This document shows positions 8,216 to 18,202 of a DNA stretch of 60,560 bases, piece after piece. The position numbers and the translations under genes were made by a program. The DNA lies in assembly GCA_035718485.1 (NCBI GenBank), contig DASTHC010000131.1, positions 1-60,560 of the forward strand. Reading direction: 5' to 3'. A model generated the notes under the pieces. That model did not search any database. It saw only the letters and a program-made list of their open reading frames with translations, and was not told where the DNA came from. This DNA is from Gaiellaceae bacterium (lineage in GTDB: Bacteria > Actinomycetota > Thermoleophilia > Gaiellales > Gaiellaceae). Numbering within the stretch: the stretch's first letter is position 1; each line of letters begins with the position of its first letter.

Positions 8216-9574
8216 GTGCGTGCGGTCATCGGGGTCTTGCTCGCCGTGCTCTTCGGCCTCGTCGCCGTGCCCGCGCTCGCGGCGGAGGACGTGCAGACGC
8301 TGCGCTTCGTCGCGACGCTCTCGTCCCAGCAGTCGGTCGACGTCGGGGCCGCCGGCGCGTCGACGGGCGACCTCCGCTTCACGGCGTACACGCTTCGCCG
8401 CGCCGCCGCCGACGCGGATCGGCCGAGCGGCGCACAGGTTGGGACGCAGTCGAGCTCCTCGACCGTGCTGGTGCGGGGCTCCGCCGACCTCGTCTCCACG
8501 TCGGTGGTTCCGACCGGCTCGATCACCGCGGGCGGCGTCGTGCGCGGAGTCGCGCGGACGCTCGCGGTGCTCGGCGGCACCGGCGCGTACGCGAACGCGC
8601 GCGGAACACTGACGGTGAAGCGGCTCGACGCACGCCGCTCGCTGCTCGTGTTCACGCTCTTCACGGCGAACCGCGGCGATGCGGGGCCGCAGGGACCGGC
8701 CGGTCCCGCCGGACCTGCGGGGGCGGCCGGCGCGGTCGGCGCAACCGGAGCGACGGGCGCGGCTGGAGCGACTGGTGCCGCGGGCGCGACGGGACCTCCC
8801 GGCGCGACCGGTGCCAACGGTCCTACGGGTGCGGCCGGTCCTGCGGGTCCGGCAGGACCACCCGGCTCGCAAGGTCCTCCCGGGACGCCCGGTGCGGACG
8901 GGCTCACGGGGCCCGCGGGCCCGGCGGGTCCCCCCGGTTCGCAGGGGCCACCGGGAACGCCCGGTGCCGACGGATTGACTGGGCCGGCGGGTCCCGCAGG
9001 GCCGCCCGGTTCGCAGGGACCGCCCGGAACGCCCGGTGCGGACGGCGCGGCCGGTCCGGCAGGTCCGGCAGGTCCGGCGGGGCCTGCCGGTGCTCAGGGT
9101 CCGGCCGGTGCGCAGGGTCCAGCCGGTGCGCAGGGCCCGGCGGGAGCACAGGGGCCAGCCGGCCCGGCCGGAGCGCAAGGTCCGGCGGGTCCAGCCGGCG
9201 CCCAGGGCCCGGCCGGCCCGGCAGGCGCGCAAGGCCCCGCAGGTCCCGCCGGAGCCCAGGGCCCCGCCGGCCCGCAGGGCGCGCCGGGCGTCTCAGGCCT
9301 CGTGCGGGTCACCGCCACCTCGGTCGTCGACTCGGCCACGACGAAGAGCGCGACCGCCTCGTGCGCCGCGGGTCAGCGCGCCCTCGGCGGCGGCGGGATC
9401 GCGACGTTCGTCGCCGGAGGCGGCACCGCGGCCGACCTCGCCCTCGTCGGCTCGCAGCCAACGGTCGACGGCAGCGGCAACCCGAACGGCTGGATCGTGA
9501 CGGCGAACGAGACCGACGCGATCGCCGGGACGTGGTCGGTCACGGCGGTCGCTCTTTGCGCAACCGTCACCTGA
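8216..9574 (+). CDS. secreted collagen-like triple-helix repeat protein with dirigent/AOC-like N-terminal domain and Cys-containing C-terminal domain
   Basis: Credible part of track ORF 7571..9574. Start is GTG 8216 (or 8210) after AAGGA. Signal peptide [24 protein letters not shown]. The head domain ends [19 protein letters not shown]. About 69 uninterrupted Gly-X-Y triplets follow, then a ~90-aa C-terminal domain with 2 Cys. Confidence 0.85.
   Translation: MRAVIGVLLAVLFGLVAVPALAAEDVQTLRFVATLSSQQSVDVGAAGASTGDLRFTAYTLRRAAADADRPSGAQVGTQSSSSTVLVRGSADLVSTSVVPTGSITAGGVVRGVARTLAVLGGTGAYANARGTLTVKRLDARRSLLVFTLFTANRGDAGPQGPAGPAGPAGAAGAVGATGATGAAGATGAAGATGPPGATGANGPTGAAGPAGPAGPPGSQGPPGTPGADGLTGPAGPAGPPGSQGPPGTPGADGLTGPAGPAGPPGSQGPPGTPGADGAAGPAGPAGPAGPAGAQGPAGAQGPAGAQGPAGAQGPAGPAGAQGPAGPAGAQGPAGPAGAQGPAGPAGAQGPAGPQGAPGVSGLVRVTATSVVDSATTKSATASCAAGQRALGGGGIATFVAGGGTAADLALVGSQPTVDGSGNPNGWIVTANETDAIAGTWSVTAVALCATVT
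8675..9298 (+). repeat. in-frame Gly-X-Y (collagen) repeat tract with higher-order 72-nt and 27-nt units
   Basis: [24 protein letters not shown] occurs 2.6 times (8855-9045). GAQGPAGPA-type units span 9080-9270. The units are identical at the amino-acid level but differ at many synonymous sites. Confidence 0.9.
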
Positions 9575-9601
9575 GCGCGAGGTAGACTCGGGCCGTCCGG
9601 T

Positions 9602-9615
9602 AGGCGACGATGCCT
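9602..9615 (+). promoter_or_regulatory. hexaloop hairpin competing with the terminator upstream of the second glnA
   Basis: AGGC-GACGAT-GCCT. The 3' arm forms the first nucleotides of the terminator stem, the same arrangement as at 3908-3923. Confidence 0.4.
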
Positions 9616-9651
9616 CGGGCGCGACGGTCGCGCCTGGGGCTTTTGCGTTTT
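9612..9651 (+). terminator. intrinsic terminator abutting the SD of the second glnA
   Basis: GCCTCGGGCGCGA-CGG-TCGCGCCTGGGGC (13 bp, two G-U pairs) followed by TTTTGCGTTTT. The GAGGAGG SD starts at 9653 and the ATG is at 9667. Confidence 0.75.
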
Positions 9652-9666
9652 CGAGGAGGAAATTTC

Positions 9667-11031
9667 ATGGCGCAGGTCGAGACGAAGAATCGAGCGACGT
9701 CGAGCGAGGACTCCCGCAAGGACGTCCTCAAGCGCGTCGACAAGGAGAAGGTCGAGTTCGTGCTCCTCTGGTTCACGGACCTCGAGGGGCACCTCAAGAG
9801 CTTCGCGATCACGCCGAGCGAGCTCGAGGGAGCGCTCGACGACGGGATGGGCTTCGACGGCTCGTCGATCACGGGCTTCAACGCGATCGAGGAGTCCGAC
9901 ATGGTCGCGATCCCCGATCCGGAGACGTTTCAGCTCCTTCCGTCGAAAGAAGGCGAGACGAAGGTCGGGCGGATGATCTGCGACGTCGTCACGCCCGACG
10001 GCAAGCCCTACGACGGCGACCCCCGCTACGTCCTGCGCCTCGCGCTCGAGCGCATGCAGTCGATGGGCTTCGACACGTTCAACGTCGGCCCCGAGCTCGA
10101 GTACTTCCTCTTCAAGGACGACGCGGGCACGGAGACGCTCGACGAGGGCGGCTACTTCGCGATGACGACGATGGACGCGGCGACCGAGCTCCGCAACGAG
10201 ACGATCCGCGCGCTCGACTCGGTCGGGATCCCCGTCGAGTACCACCATCACGAGGTGGGCCCCTCGCAGCACGAGATCGACATGCGCTTCGCCCCGGCGC
10301 TCGACATGGCGGACCACACCGTCACGTACCGCCTGATCGTCAAGGAGGTCGCGAAGAAGGCGGGCTACCACGCGACCTTCATGCCGAAGCCGATCTTCGG
10401 GGAGAACGGGTCGGGGATGCACACGCACCAGTCGCTCTTTACGGACGGCCGCAACGCGTTTTTTGACCAGGACGACGAGTGGCACCTGAGCGACGTCGGC
10501 AAGGCGTTCATCGCCGGCCAGCTGCACCATGCGCGCGAGCTCTCCGCGGTCTTCGCGCAGTGGATCAACTCGTACAAGCGGCTCGTTCCGGGGTACGAGG
10601 CGCCGGTCTACGTCGCGTGGTCGCGGCGGAACCGCTCGGCGCTCATCCGGATCCCGCTCTACAAGCCCGGCGCCGAGCAGGCGACACGCGCCGAGATCCG
10701 CTGCCCCGACCCCGCGTGCAACCCGTACCTGACGTTCGCGGCGCTCCTGCACGCCGGGCTCGAGGGGATCGAGAAGGGCTACGAGCTGCCGCCGCCGATG
10801 GAGACGAACCTCTACCACCTGACGGCGGAGCAGCGGCGCGAGCGCGGGATCGTCTCACTGCCCGAGACGCTCGGCGAGGCGATCGACGAGCTCTCGCAGT
10901 CCGAGCTGATGAAGAAGGCGCTCGGCCCGCACATCTTCGACCGCTACGTCGAGCTCAAGCGGAAGGAGTGGGACGAGTACCGGGTCCAGCTCACCCAGTG
11001 GGAAATGGAGAAGTACCTGGCGGTGCTCTAG
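9667..11031 (+). CDS. glnA: glutamine synthetase type I (GSI-alpha-like, 454 aa)
   Basis: Track ORF 9610..11031 trimmed to ATG 9667 (MAQVETKNRA...). Motifs: [60 protein letters not shown]. Confidence 0.95.
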   Translation: MAQVETKNRATSSEDSRKDVLKRVDKEKVEFVLLWFTDLEGHLKSFAITPSELEGALDDGMGFDGSSITGFNAIEESDMVAIPDPETFQLLPSKEGETKVGRMICDVVTPDGKPYDGDPRYVLRLALERMQSMGFDTFNVGPELEYFLFKDDAGTETLDEGGYFAMTTMDAATELRNETIRALDSVGIPVEYHHHEVGPSQHEIDMRFAPALDMADHTVTYRLIVKEVAKKAGYHATFMPKPIFGENGSGMHTHQSLFTDGRNAFFDQDDEWHLSDVGKAFIAGQLHHARELSAVFAQWINSYKRLVPGYEAPVYVAWSRRNRSALIRIPLYKPGAEQATRAEIRCPDPACNPYLTFAALLHAGLEGIEKGYELPPPMETNLYHLTAEQRRERGIVSLPETLGEAIDELSQSELMKKALGPHIFDRYVELKRKEWDEYRVQLTQWEMEKYLAVL

Positions 11032-11044
11032 GCGGTCTGGACAA

Positions 11045-11082
11045 CCGGGCCGGGGCGCGAGATGATGCGCGTTCCGGCCCGG
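11045..11082 (+). terminator. long GC hairpin downstream of the second glnA
   Basis: CCGGGCCGG ... CCGGCCCGG, a perfect 9-bp outer stem with an inner GCGC/GCGC pairing. It lies 14 nt after the stop and has no U-tract. Confidence 0.4.
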
Positions 11083-11243
11083 ATGGCTCTGCGGCCGAGC
11101 GGGCCGGCAACTGACGGCCGATCGCGGGGCGTACTCTTCGAAGGCGCCCCGTGGTCGTTCAGCCGCGAAAAATGCTGCGCATTTCCGCGGGTAGCGGGAA
11201 CCGCCGGTTCCCTGCACCCCTCCCCCCCGGAAGAGTGAATGCT

Positions 11244-11525
11244 CTAGAGGAAGCTCTGGACGTTCTCTCGCGGGACGCGCAGGCCGATCACGCCGCTCGT
11301 GGCGTCGATCTGCTCGATTGCTTCCGCGGGAACGAGGTGACGCCGGCGGCCGAAGAACCCCTTGCGCACCGCGAGTGCGTCGGGCTCGTCGGGGCGCGTG
11401 CCGTACATCGGCGACTCGACCTTGCCGATCACCCGGCCGCGGGAGTCCGCGACGATGTAGCCCATGGTGCGGCGGAGGTCGTAGGCGAGGGCGCTCACTA
11501 ACTCGAACGTATTCCCCGCCTGCAA
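11244..11525 (-). CDS. PRC-barrel domain protein
   Basis: C-terminal part of track ORF 11244..11819: ...YDLRRTMGYIVADSRGRVIGKVESPMY...LVPAEAIEQIDATSGVIGLRV. TTG 11525 follows GGGGGA at good spacing. Alternative starts are GTG 11498 and ATG 11465. Confidence 0.65.
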   Translation of the reverse strand: MQAGNTFELVSALAYDLRRTMGYIVADSRGRVIGKVESPMYGTRPDEPDALAVRKGFFGRRRHLVPAEAIEQIDATSGVIGLRVPRENVQSFL

Positions 11526-11569
11526 GGAAAATCCCCCTGCTGCGGTAAGGATTGTGTTAATCGGGCGGG

Positions 11570-12028
11570 CTAGCCGGGCTTCGCGCTCATCGCCCACATC
11601 GCGACGACGTAGGCGGCGAGGAGGATCGTCGTCAGGACGGCGCCAATCCGGGCGAGCACGCTCGTGCCGCCGTCCGCGCGTCGGAGACGCCGATTGGCGA
11701 TGCCGGTGACGATCAGCGTGATCAGCAAGAGCAGTGCGCCGAGGTCGGCCGTGATGTACCCAACGCCGATCCAGTCGGGCTCTTCCCCCTCGACGAAGTT
11801 CTCCTTCGAGAAGATCCACTCCGCCCCCACCCTCATCACGATGTACGCCGGAAGGACGAGCACGAGGAGTGTCCAGAACGCGAACCGGGTGTACGCAGCC
11901 GCGTCGCGCTTCCAGCCGAGGATGAGCGCGGTCACCGCGGTCACGAGGCCGCCGACGAGGAGCATCGCCCCGAAGACGTGCAGGAGGAGCGGGAAGTTCC
12001 AGCTGTCGGGTCGGATCGCAGCGAGCAT
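11570..12028 (-). CDS. integral membrane protein, 4 TM (DUF2269-like, tentative)
   Basis: 152 aa hydrophobic ORF. Paralogous in layout to the adjacent upstream gene; both end in ...KPG(A). Confidence 0.7.
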   Translation of the reverse strand: MLAAIRPDSWNFPLLLHVFGAMLLVGGLVTAVTALILGWKRDAAAYTRFAFWTLLVLVLPAYIVMRVGAEWIFSKENFVEGEEPDWIGVGYITADLGALLLLITLIVTGIANRRLRRADGGTSVLARIGAVLTTILLAAYVVAMWAMSAKPG

Positions 12029-12029
12029 C

Positions 12030-12512
12030 TCAGGCTCCCGGCTTGTAGATCATGTCGATCAGGATCAGCAGGACGGCGACCGACGAGACGATGTTCAGCC
12101 ACATCGCGTTCCGGTTCTGGAGCAGCGCCTTCAGCTCGGCACTCGACTCGCCGCCGCGGTTCTCAGCGTCCAGACGCCCGGCGAGCTTCGCCGCCTCCAT
12201 GTAGTTCTTCCCGCCGCGCTGTCCGGTGCCCGCGCTGATCGCCCAGAGCACGAGCGCGATCAGGATCCACCCGTCCCAGACCTTGTACGCATCGAAGTCG
12301 ATCGCGAGCCAGATCCCGAAGATCAGCGTGCCGACCGTGCCGACGGCGACGAGGACGTTCGCCGGCTTCGCAATCCGGAAGTAGCGGAGTGAGTCGACGG
12401 GACGGTCGACGTTCCGCGCGGCGATCGCGACCGTCCAGAAGGTGACCAGCGCCGAGACGAGCGCGAAGGCGCTCGCGATGTGGAAGAAGACCAGCCAGTC
12501 GGTGAATGACAC
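12030..12512 (-). CDS. integral membrane protein, 4 TM (DUF2269-like, tentative)
   Basis: 160 aa with a GTG start at 12512. Its stop lies 1 nt before the start of the next gene. Confidence 0.7.
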   Translation of the reverse strand: MSFTDWLVFFHIASAFALVSALVTFWTVAIAARNVDRPVDSLRYFRIAKPANVLVAVGTVGTLIFGIWLAIDFDAYKVWDGWILIALVLWAISAGTGQRGGKNYMEAAKLAGRLDAENRGGESSAELKALLQNRNAMWLNIVSSVAVLLILIDMIYKPGA

Positions 12513-13966
12513 GAGTGCGAAACCTACGACATCCGGCGGACGGGCACAATCGACACGTGAACGAGAGCGAACGCCACCTTCGCCTGCTGACCGAGACGAT
12601 CGAGGCCGTCAACTCGTCGCTCGACCTCGAAGAAGTGCTCGGGTTGATCGCGCGCCGCGTGGCCGACGCGCTCGAGGCGGACGCGTGCTTCGTCTACCTC
12701 TACGACGAGCCCACCGACGAGCTCGTCCTGCGCGCGACGCACGGCTCGCACGTCGACGAGCTGACGCGGACGCCGCGGATGCGCCCCGGCGAAGGGATCA
12801 CCGGCTCGGCCGCGTCCGAGCGGTCGCCGGTGATGATCGCGTCGCAGGCGCATCTCGATCCGCGCTTCAAGTCCTTTCCGAACCTGCCCGAGGACGAGTA
12901 CGAGTCGATCCTCGCGGTGCCGATCCTCGCCCGCGACGGCCGACTCGACGGGGCGCTCAACGTCCGGACGATCACGCCGCGCGAGTTCGCCCGCGGCGAG
13001 ATCGACCTGCTCGTCTCGATCGCGACCCAGGTCGCGCAGTCGATCGAGCACGCCCAGCTCTACGCGCAGGCGCAGCGCCGCGTCCACGAGCTCGAGTCGC
13101 TCGCGCGGATCTCCGAAGCGGTGTCCGAGTCGCTCTACCTCGAGGAGTCGCTCGAGGCGATCGTCAAGACGACGATCGCGGCCGTCGGCGCCACCGGAGC
13201 AGCGCTCGTGCTCGAGGACGGGAAGATCGCGTGGCCCGAGGGACGGGCCGGCGCGTACGCGGTGCGGCTCCCGCTCCGCTGGAAGCGCCGGCAGATCGGC
13301 GAGCTCGTCTGCGACCGCGACACGCCGTTCACCGACGAGGAGCAGTCGCTGCTGGCGTCGATCGCATCGCACGCGGCGGTCGCGCTCGAGCACGGCCGCG
13401 CGGTGATGCGCGGCGTGCTCGCGCAAGAGATCCACCACCGCGTGAAGAACAACCTCCAGACCGTCGCGTCACTGCTCCGCCTGCAGGCGCGTGCGACCGA
13501 CGTCGATCCGCGAAAGGCGCTCGAAGACTCGGTCAACCGCATCCTCGCGATCGCCGCGGTGCACGAGGTGCTGATGGAGCGCCGCGAGGAAGAGGTGGAG
13601 CTCGCCGAGCTGCTCGACCGGCTGCGCGCGACGCTCGTGCAAGGGCTCGCCGAGGGAAAGGAGGTCGCGTCGTCGCTCGAGCCCGTGCAGCTCGCCGGCG
13701 GGCGCGCGACCGCGCTCGCGCTCGTCTTCACCGAGCTGCTGCAGAACGCGCTCGAGCACGGCGGCTCCGCCGTGCGCGTGGAGCTCGTGCGCCGGAATGG
13801 CGACGTCCTCCTCGCAATCTCCGACGACGGCGAGGGGATCGACGGCGAGCCGAGCACCGGAACGGGACTCTCGATCGTGCGCGCGCTCGTGCAGGACGAG
13901 CTCGGCGGCTCGCTCTCGCTCGACTCGAACGGCGGCCTACGGGCCGAGGTGATCTTCCCCGCCTAG
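12506..13966 (+). CDS. pdtaS: GAF-GAF sensor histidine kinase, HisKA_2 type (PdtaS-like)
   Basis: Two GAF-like regions, H-box EIHHRVKNNLQTVASLLRLQ, and an HATPase region (ELLQNALEHG, DDGEGI, GTGLSIV). The start is either ATG 12506, which overlaps the divergent gene start, or GTG 12557. Confidence 0.85.
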   Translation: MTRVRNLRHPADGHNRHVNESERHLRLLTETIEAVNSSLDLEEVLGLIARRVADALEADACFVYLYDEPTDELVLRATHGSHVDELTRTPRMRPGEGITGSAASERSPVMIASQAHLDPRFKSFPNLPEDEYESILAVPILARDGRLDGALNVRTITPREFARGEIDLLVSIATQVAQSIEHAQLYAQAQRRVHELESLARISEAVSESLYLEESLEAIVKTTIAAVGATGAALVLEDGKIAWPEGRAGAYAVRLPLRWKRRQIGELVCDRDTPFTDEEQSLLASIASHAAVALEHGRAVMRGVLAQEIHHRVKNNLQTVASLLRLQARATDVDPRKALEDSVNRILAIAAVHEVLMERREEEVELAELLDRLRATLVQGLAEGKEVASSLEPVQLAGGRATALALVFTELLQNALEHGGSAVRVELVRRNGDVLLAISDDGEGIDGEPSTGTGLSIVRALVQDELGGSLSLDSNGGLRAEVIFPA

Positions 13967-14331
13967 GAGGGCTCGGAGCGGGGCTGCCAGAGCTCGAAGC
14001 GGTTGCCCTCGGGGTCATAGCCCCAGGCGAACCAGCCGTTCTCCTCTTCCTCCATCTTGTCGTCGACGCGGGCGCCGGTCTCGCGCAGTTGCGCGACCAT
14101 CGCGTCGAGGTCGCGGACGCGGTAGTTGACCATCGAGGACTGCTTGCGCGGCCAGTACTCGCTCGACGACGAGAAGATGCACCACACCGTCTGGTCGCCG
14201 GACTCCGCGACGAACGCGTCACCGCCCCAGTCCTGCACCTCGACGCCGAGGTGCTCTGCGTACCACGTGCGCAGCCGCTCGGGATCGCGTGCGCGGAAGA
14301 ACACTCCGCCGATCCCGACCACGCGCTCCAC
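13963..14331 (-). CDS. VOC (glyoxalase/bleomycin-resistance fold) family protein
   Basis: 122 aa, MERVVGIGGVFFRARDPERLRTWYAEHLG...GNRFELWQP. Its stop overlaps the pdtaS stop in a CTAG. Confidence 0.75.
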   Translation of the reverse strand: MERVVGIGGVFFRARDPERLRTWYAEHLGVEVQDWGGDAFVAESGDQTVWCIFSSSSEYWPRKQSSMVNYRVRDLDAMVAQLRETGARVDDKMEEEENGWFAWGYDPEGNRFELWQPRSEPS

Positions 14332-14340
14332 GCGGCGACC

Positions 14341-14853
14341 CTACAACGCTGCGGCGAGGCGGCGGAGCCGGCGGGCGCGCCCGGTCAGGCGGTAGGTCGT
14401 CCACGGCGGGAAGCCGTCGTGCACGCGCCGCTCGACGAGGCCCGCATGCGCGAGGTCCTTCAGCGCGAGTGTGAGCGCGCGCGGCGAGACGCGGAGCGTG
14501 GTGCGCAGCTCGGCGAACCGCCGCTCCGCCGCGAGCTCGAGGACGACGGGGAGCGACCACTTCTTCAGCCCGACGTCCTCGAGGCCCTCGTCGCGGAGCG
14601 CGTCGACGAGCCGCATCGCAGCCGGGCCGAGGCGGCGCCCCCCCGCCGTCAGGACGTACTCCGGGCGAAGCGGGTGCCCGTAGCCGGGGTTTCGCGCGAC
14701 GAGGTCGGCCTCGACGAGCGCGTCGAGCGTGCGGCGAAGCGTCTCTCGTCCCACGCCGAGCCGGTTGGCGAGCGTGACGAACTTCGTCCCACCGCCGCGG
14801 TGGAGCTCGGCCAGCACCGGCAGCGACCAGCGGAAGTGGAAGAGGCTTGACAT
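14341..14853 (-). CDS. HxlR-family transcriptional regulator with two tandem winged-helix modules in one chain
   Basis: Trimmed to ATG 14853 (MSSLFHFRWSLPVLAEL...). Module 1 runs FRWSLPVLAEL...EYVLTAGGRRL. Module 2 runs KKWSLPVVLEL...TTYRLTGRARRL. Confidence 0.8.
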   Translation of the reverse strand: MSSLFHFRWSLPVLAELHRGGGTKFVTLANRLGVGRETLRRTLDALVEADLVARNPGYGHPLRPEYVLTAGGRRLGPAAMRLVDALRDEGLEDVGLKKWSLPVVLELAAERRFAELRTTLRVSPRALTLALKDLAHAGLVERRVHDGFPPWTTYRLTGRARRLRRLAAAL

Positions 14854-14902
14854 AGAAGTAGTCGAAGTATAAAAAGAGGTACGGACAACTGCAAAGGAGG
14901 CA
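14854..14902. promoter_or_regulatory. AT-rich divergent promoter/operator region between the HxlR gene and the VOC gene
   Basis: The AT-richest stretch I noticed in the window (AGAAGTAGTCGAAGTATAAAAAGAGGTACGG). It is followed by an AAGGAGG SD for the + gene. Confidence 0.45.
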
Positions 14903-15316
14903 GTGATGACCGAGGCCGCGACCGACGCGACGACCGCATCGATCACTTACGAGACCGCGAACTTGACGATCTCCGTGAACGTGTCGAACCTCGAGCGCGC
15001 GATCGACTGGTACCGCGACGCGCTCGGCTTCGAGGTCGAGTACCGGGTCGACGAGATCGGCTGGGCAGAGCTGACGACGCCGTTCGGCGCGGTCAACATC
15101 GGGCTCAGCCAGACGGAGGACCAGCGCGCCGGCGGCACCGTGCCGACCTTCGGCGTCACCGACATCGACGCCGGCCGCCGCCACCTCGAGTCGCTCGGCG
15201 TGAAGCTCGACGAGACGTTCGACGTCCAGGGGATGGTCAAGCTGATGGGCTTCTACGACCCGGACGGCAACCCGTGGATGCTCGCCGAGACGTCGGAGAC
15301 GTACCCGGGCCGGTAA
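14903..15316 (+). CDS. VOC (glyoxalase fold) family protein
   Basis: 137 aa, ...ISVNVSNLERAIDWYRDALGFEV...GFYDPDGNPWML. AAGGAGG SD; start is GTG 14903 or ATG 14906. Confidence 0.8.
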   Translation: MMTEAATDATTASITYETANLTISVNVSNLERAIDWYRDALGFEVEYRVDEIGWAELTTPFGAVNIGLSQTEDQRAGGTVPTFGVTDIDAGRRHLESLGVKLDETFDVQGMVKLMGFYDPDGNPWMLAETSETYPGR

Positions 15317-15338
15317 GGAGGGCCTCCATACTGCGCGG

Positions 15339-15905
15339 GTGCGGATCCTGATCGCCGAGGACGAGACGATCATCCGGCTCGACCTGCGCGACCTGCTCGA
15401 GCGCGCGGGCTTCGAGATCTGCGCCGAGGCGAAGGACGGCGAGGAGGCCGTGGAGCTCGCGCGGCGTGAGCGGCCCGACGTGGCGATCCTCGACGTGAAG
15501 ATGCCAAGGCTAGACGGGATCGAGGCGGCGCGCCGCATCCTCGAGGAGCGCCCGCTCCCGATCGTGATGCTCACCGCGTACGGGCAGGAGGAGCTCGTCG
15601 CGCGCGCGGTGGAGGCCGGTGTCTTCGGCTACCTCGTGAAGCCGTTCCGCGAGCAGGACCTGCTGCCCGCGATCCACACCGCGCGCGCACGGCACGACGA
15701 GCTGGCCGCGCTCCGCGAGGAGGCCGAGTCGCTGTCGGAGGCGCTCGCCGCTCGGAAGGCGATCGAGCGCGCGAAGGGGCTCCTGATGGCGAAAGAGGGG
15801 ATCAGCGAGGAGGACGCGTTCGCGCGTCTACGGAAGGCGAGCCAGGTCTCCGGCCGTCCGCTGAAGGTCGTCGCGGAGGCGCTGATCGCGACGTTCTCTG
15901 ACTAG
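15339..15905 (+). CDS. pdtaR: ANTAR-domain response regulator (PdtaR-like RNA-binding antiterminator)
   Basis: The receiver domain (MRILIAEDE..., DVAILDVKMPRLDG, YLVKPF) is followed by an ANTAR helix region (RKAIERAKGLLMAKEGISEEDAFARLRKASQVSGRPLKVVAEALI). Confidence 0.9.
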   Translation: MRILIAEDETIIRLDLRDLLERAGFEICAEAKDGEEAVELARRERPDVAILDVKMPRLDGIEAARRILEERPLPIVMLTAYGQEELVARAVEAGVFGYLVKPFREQDLLPAIHTARARHDELAALREEAESLSEALAARKAIERAKGLLMAKEGISEEDAFARLRKASQVSGRPLKVVAEALIATFSD

Positions 15906-16290
15906 AGCGCGAGCTCGAGCAGAACGCCCGCCACGAACAGCAGCGCGCCGGCGCAGACGAGCACGACGAGCTCGCTCGCGAACGGCGTCGCGTCCGCCTC
16001 GACCGCGACAGCCTGTGCGCGGGGCGGCGGAACGCCGCGCTGCTTGTCCATCGCCTCCTTGAGCAGCTTCTCCTTCTCTTGCCGCGCGACCTTCCGCGGG
16101 GACGCCGGCGCGCCGGTGAAGAACGCGAAGCCGATCACGATGGCGCCTGCGACGTAGAGCATGTACGCGATCCAGCGGAGGACGCTCTCGCCCTGCGCGA
16201 GGCCGAGCGCGATCCCGAGCGCGATCGCCCCCGCGACGCCGGCCGCGAACACGACTCCGAGCTGGCGCGCGGACGCGCGCATCGCGTCGG

Positions 16291-16294
<4 letters not shown>
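15902..16294 (-). CDS. small membrane protein (3-4 TM), translationally coupled to the ABC-F gene
   Basis: Last 131 codons of track ORF 15902..18748. GTG 16294 overlaps the ABC-F TGA (GTGA); ATG 16282 is an alternative. Hydrophobic segments: VVFAAGVAGAIALGIALGLA, IAYMLYVAGAIVIGFAFF, VVLVCAGALLFVAGVLLELA. Confidence 0.6.
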
Positions 16295-18183
<1,889 letters not shown>

Positions 18184-18202
18184 CGCGCGTAGGGTAGTTC
18201 GC

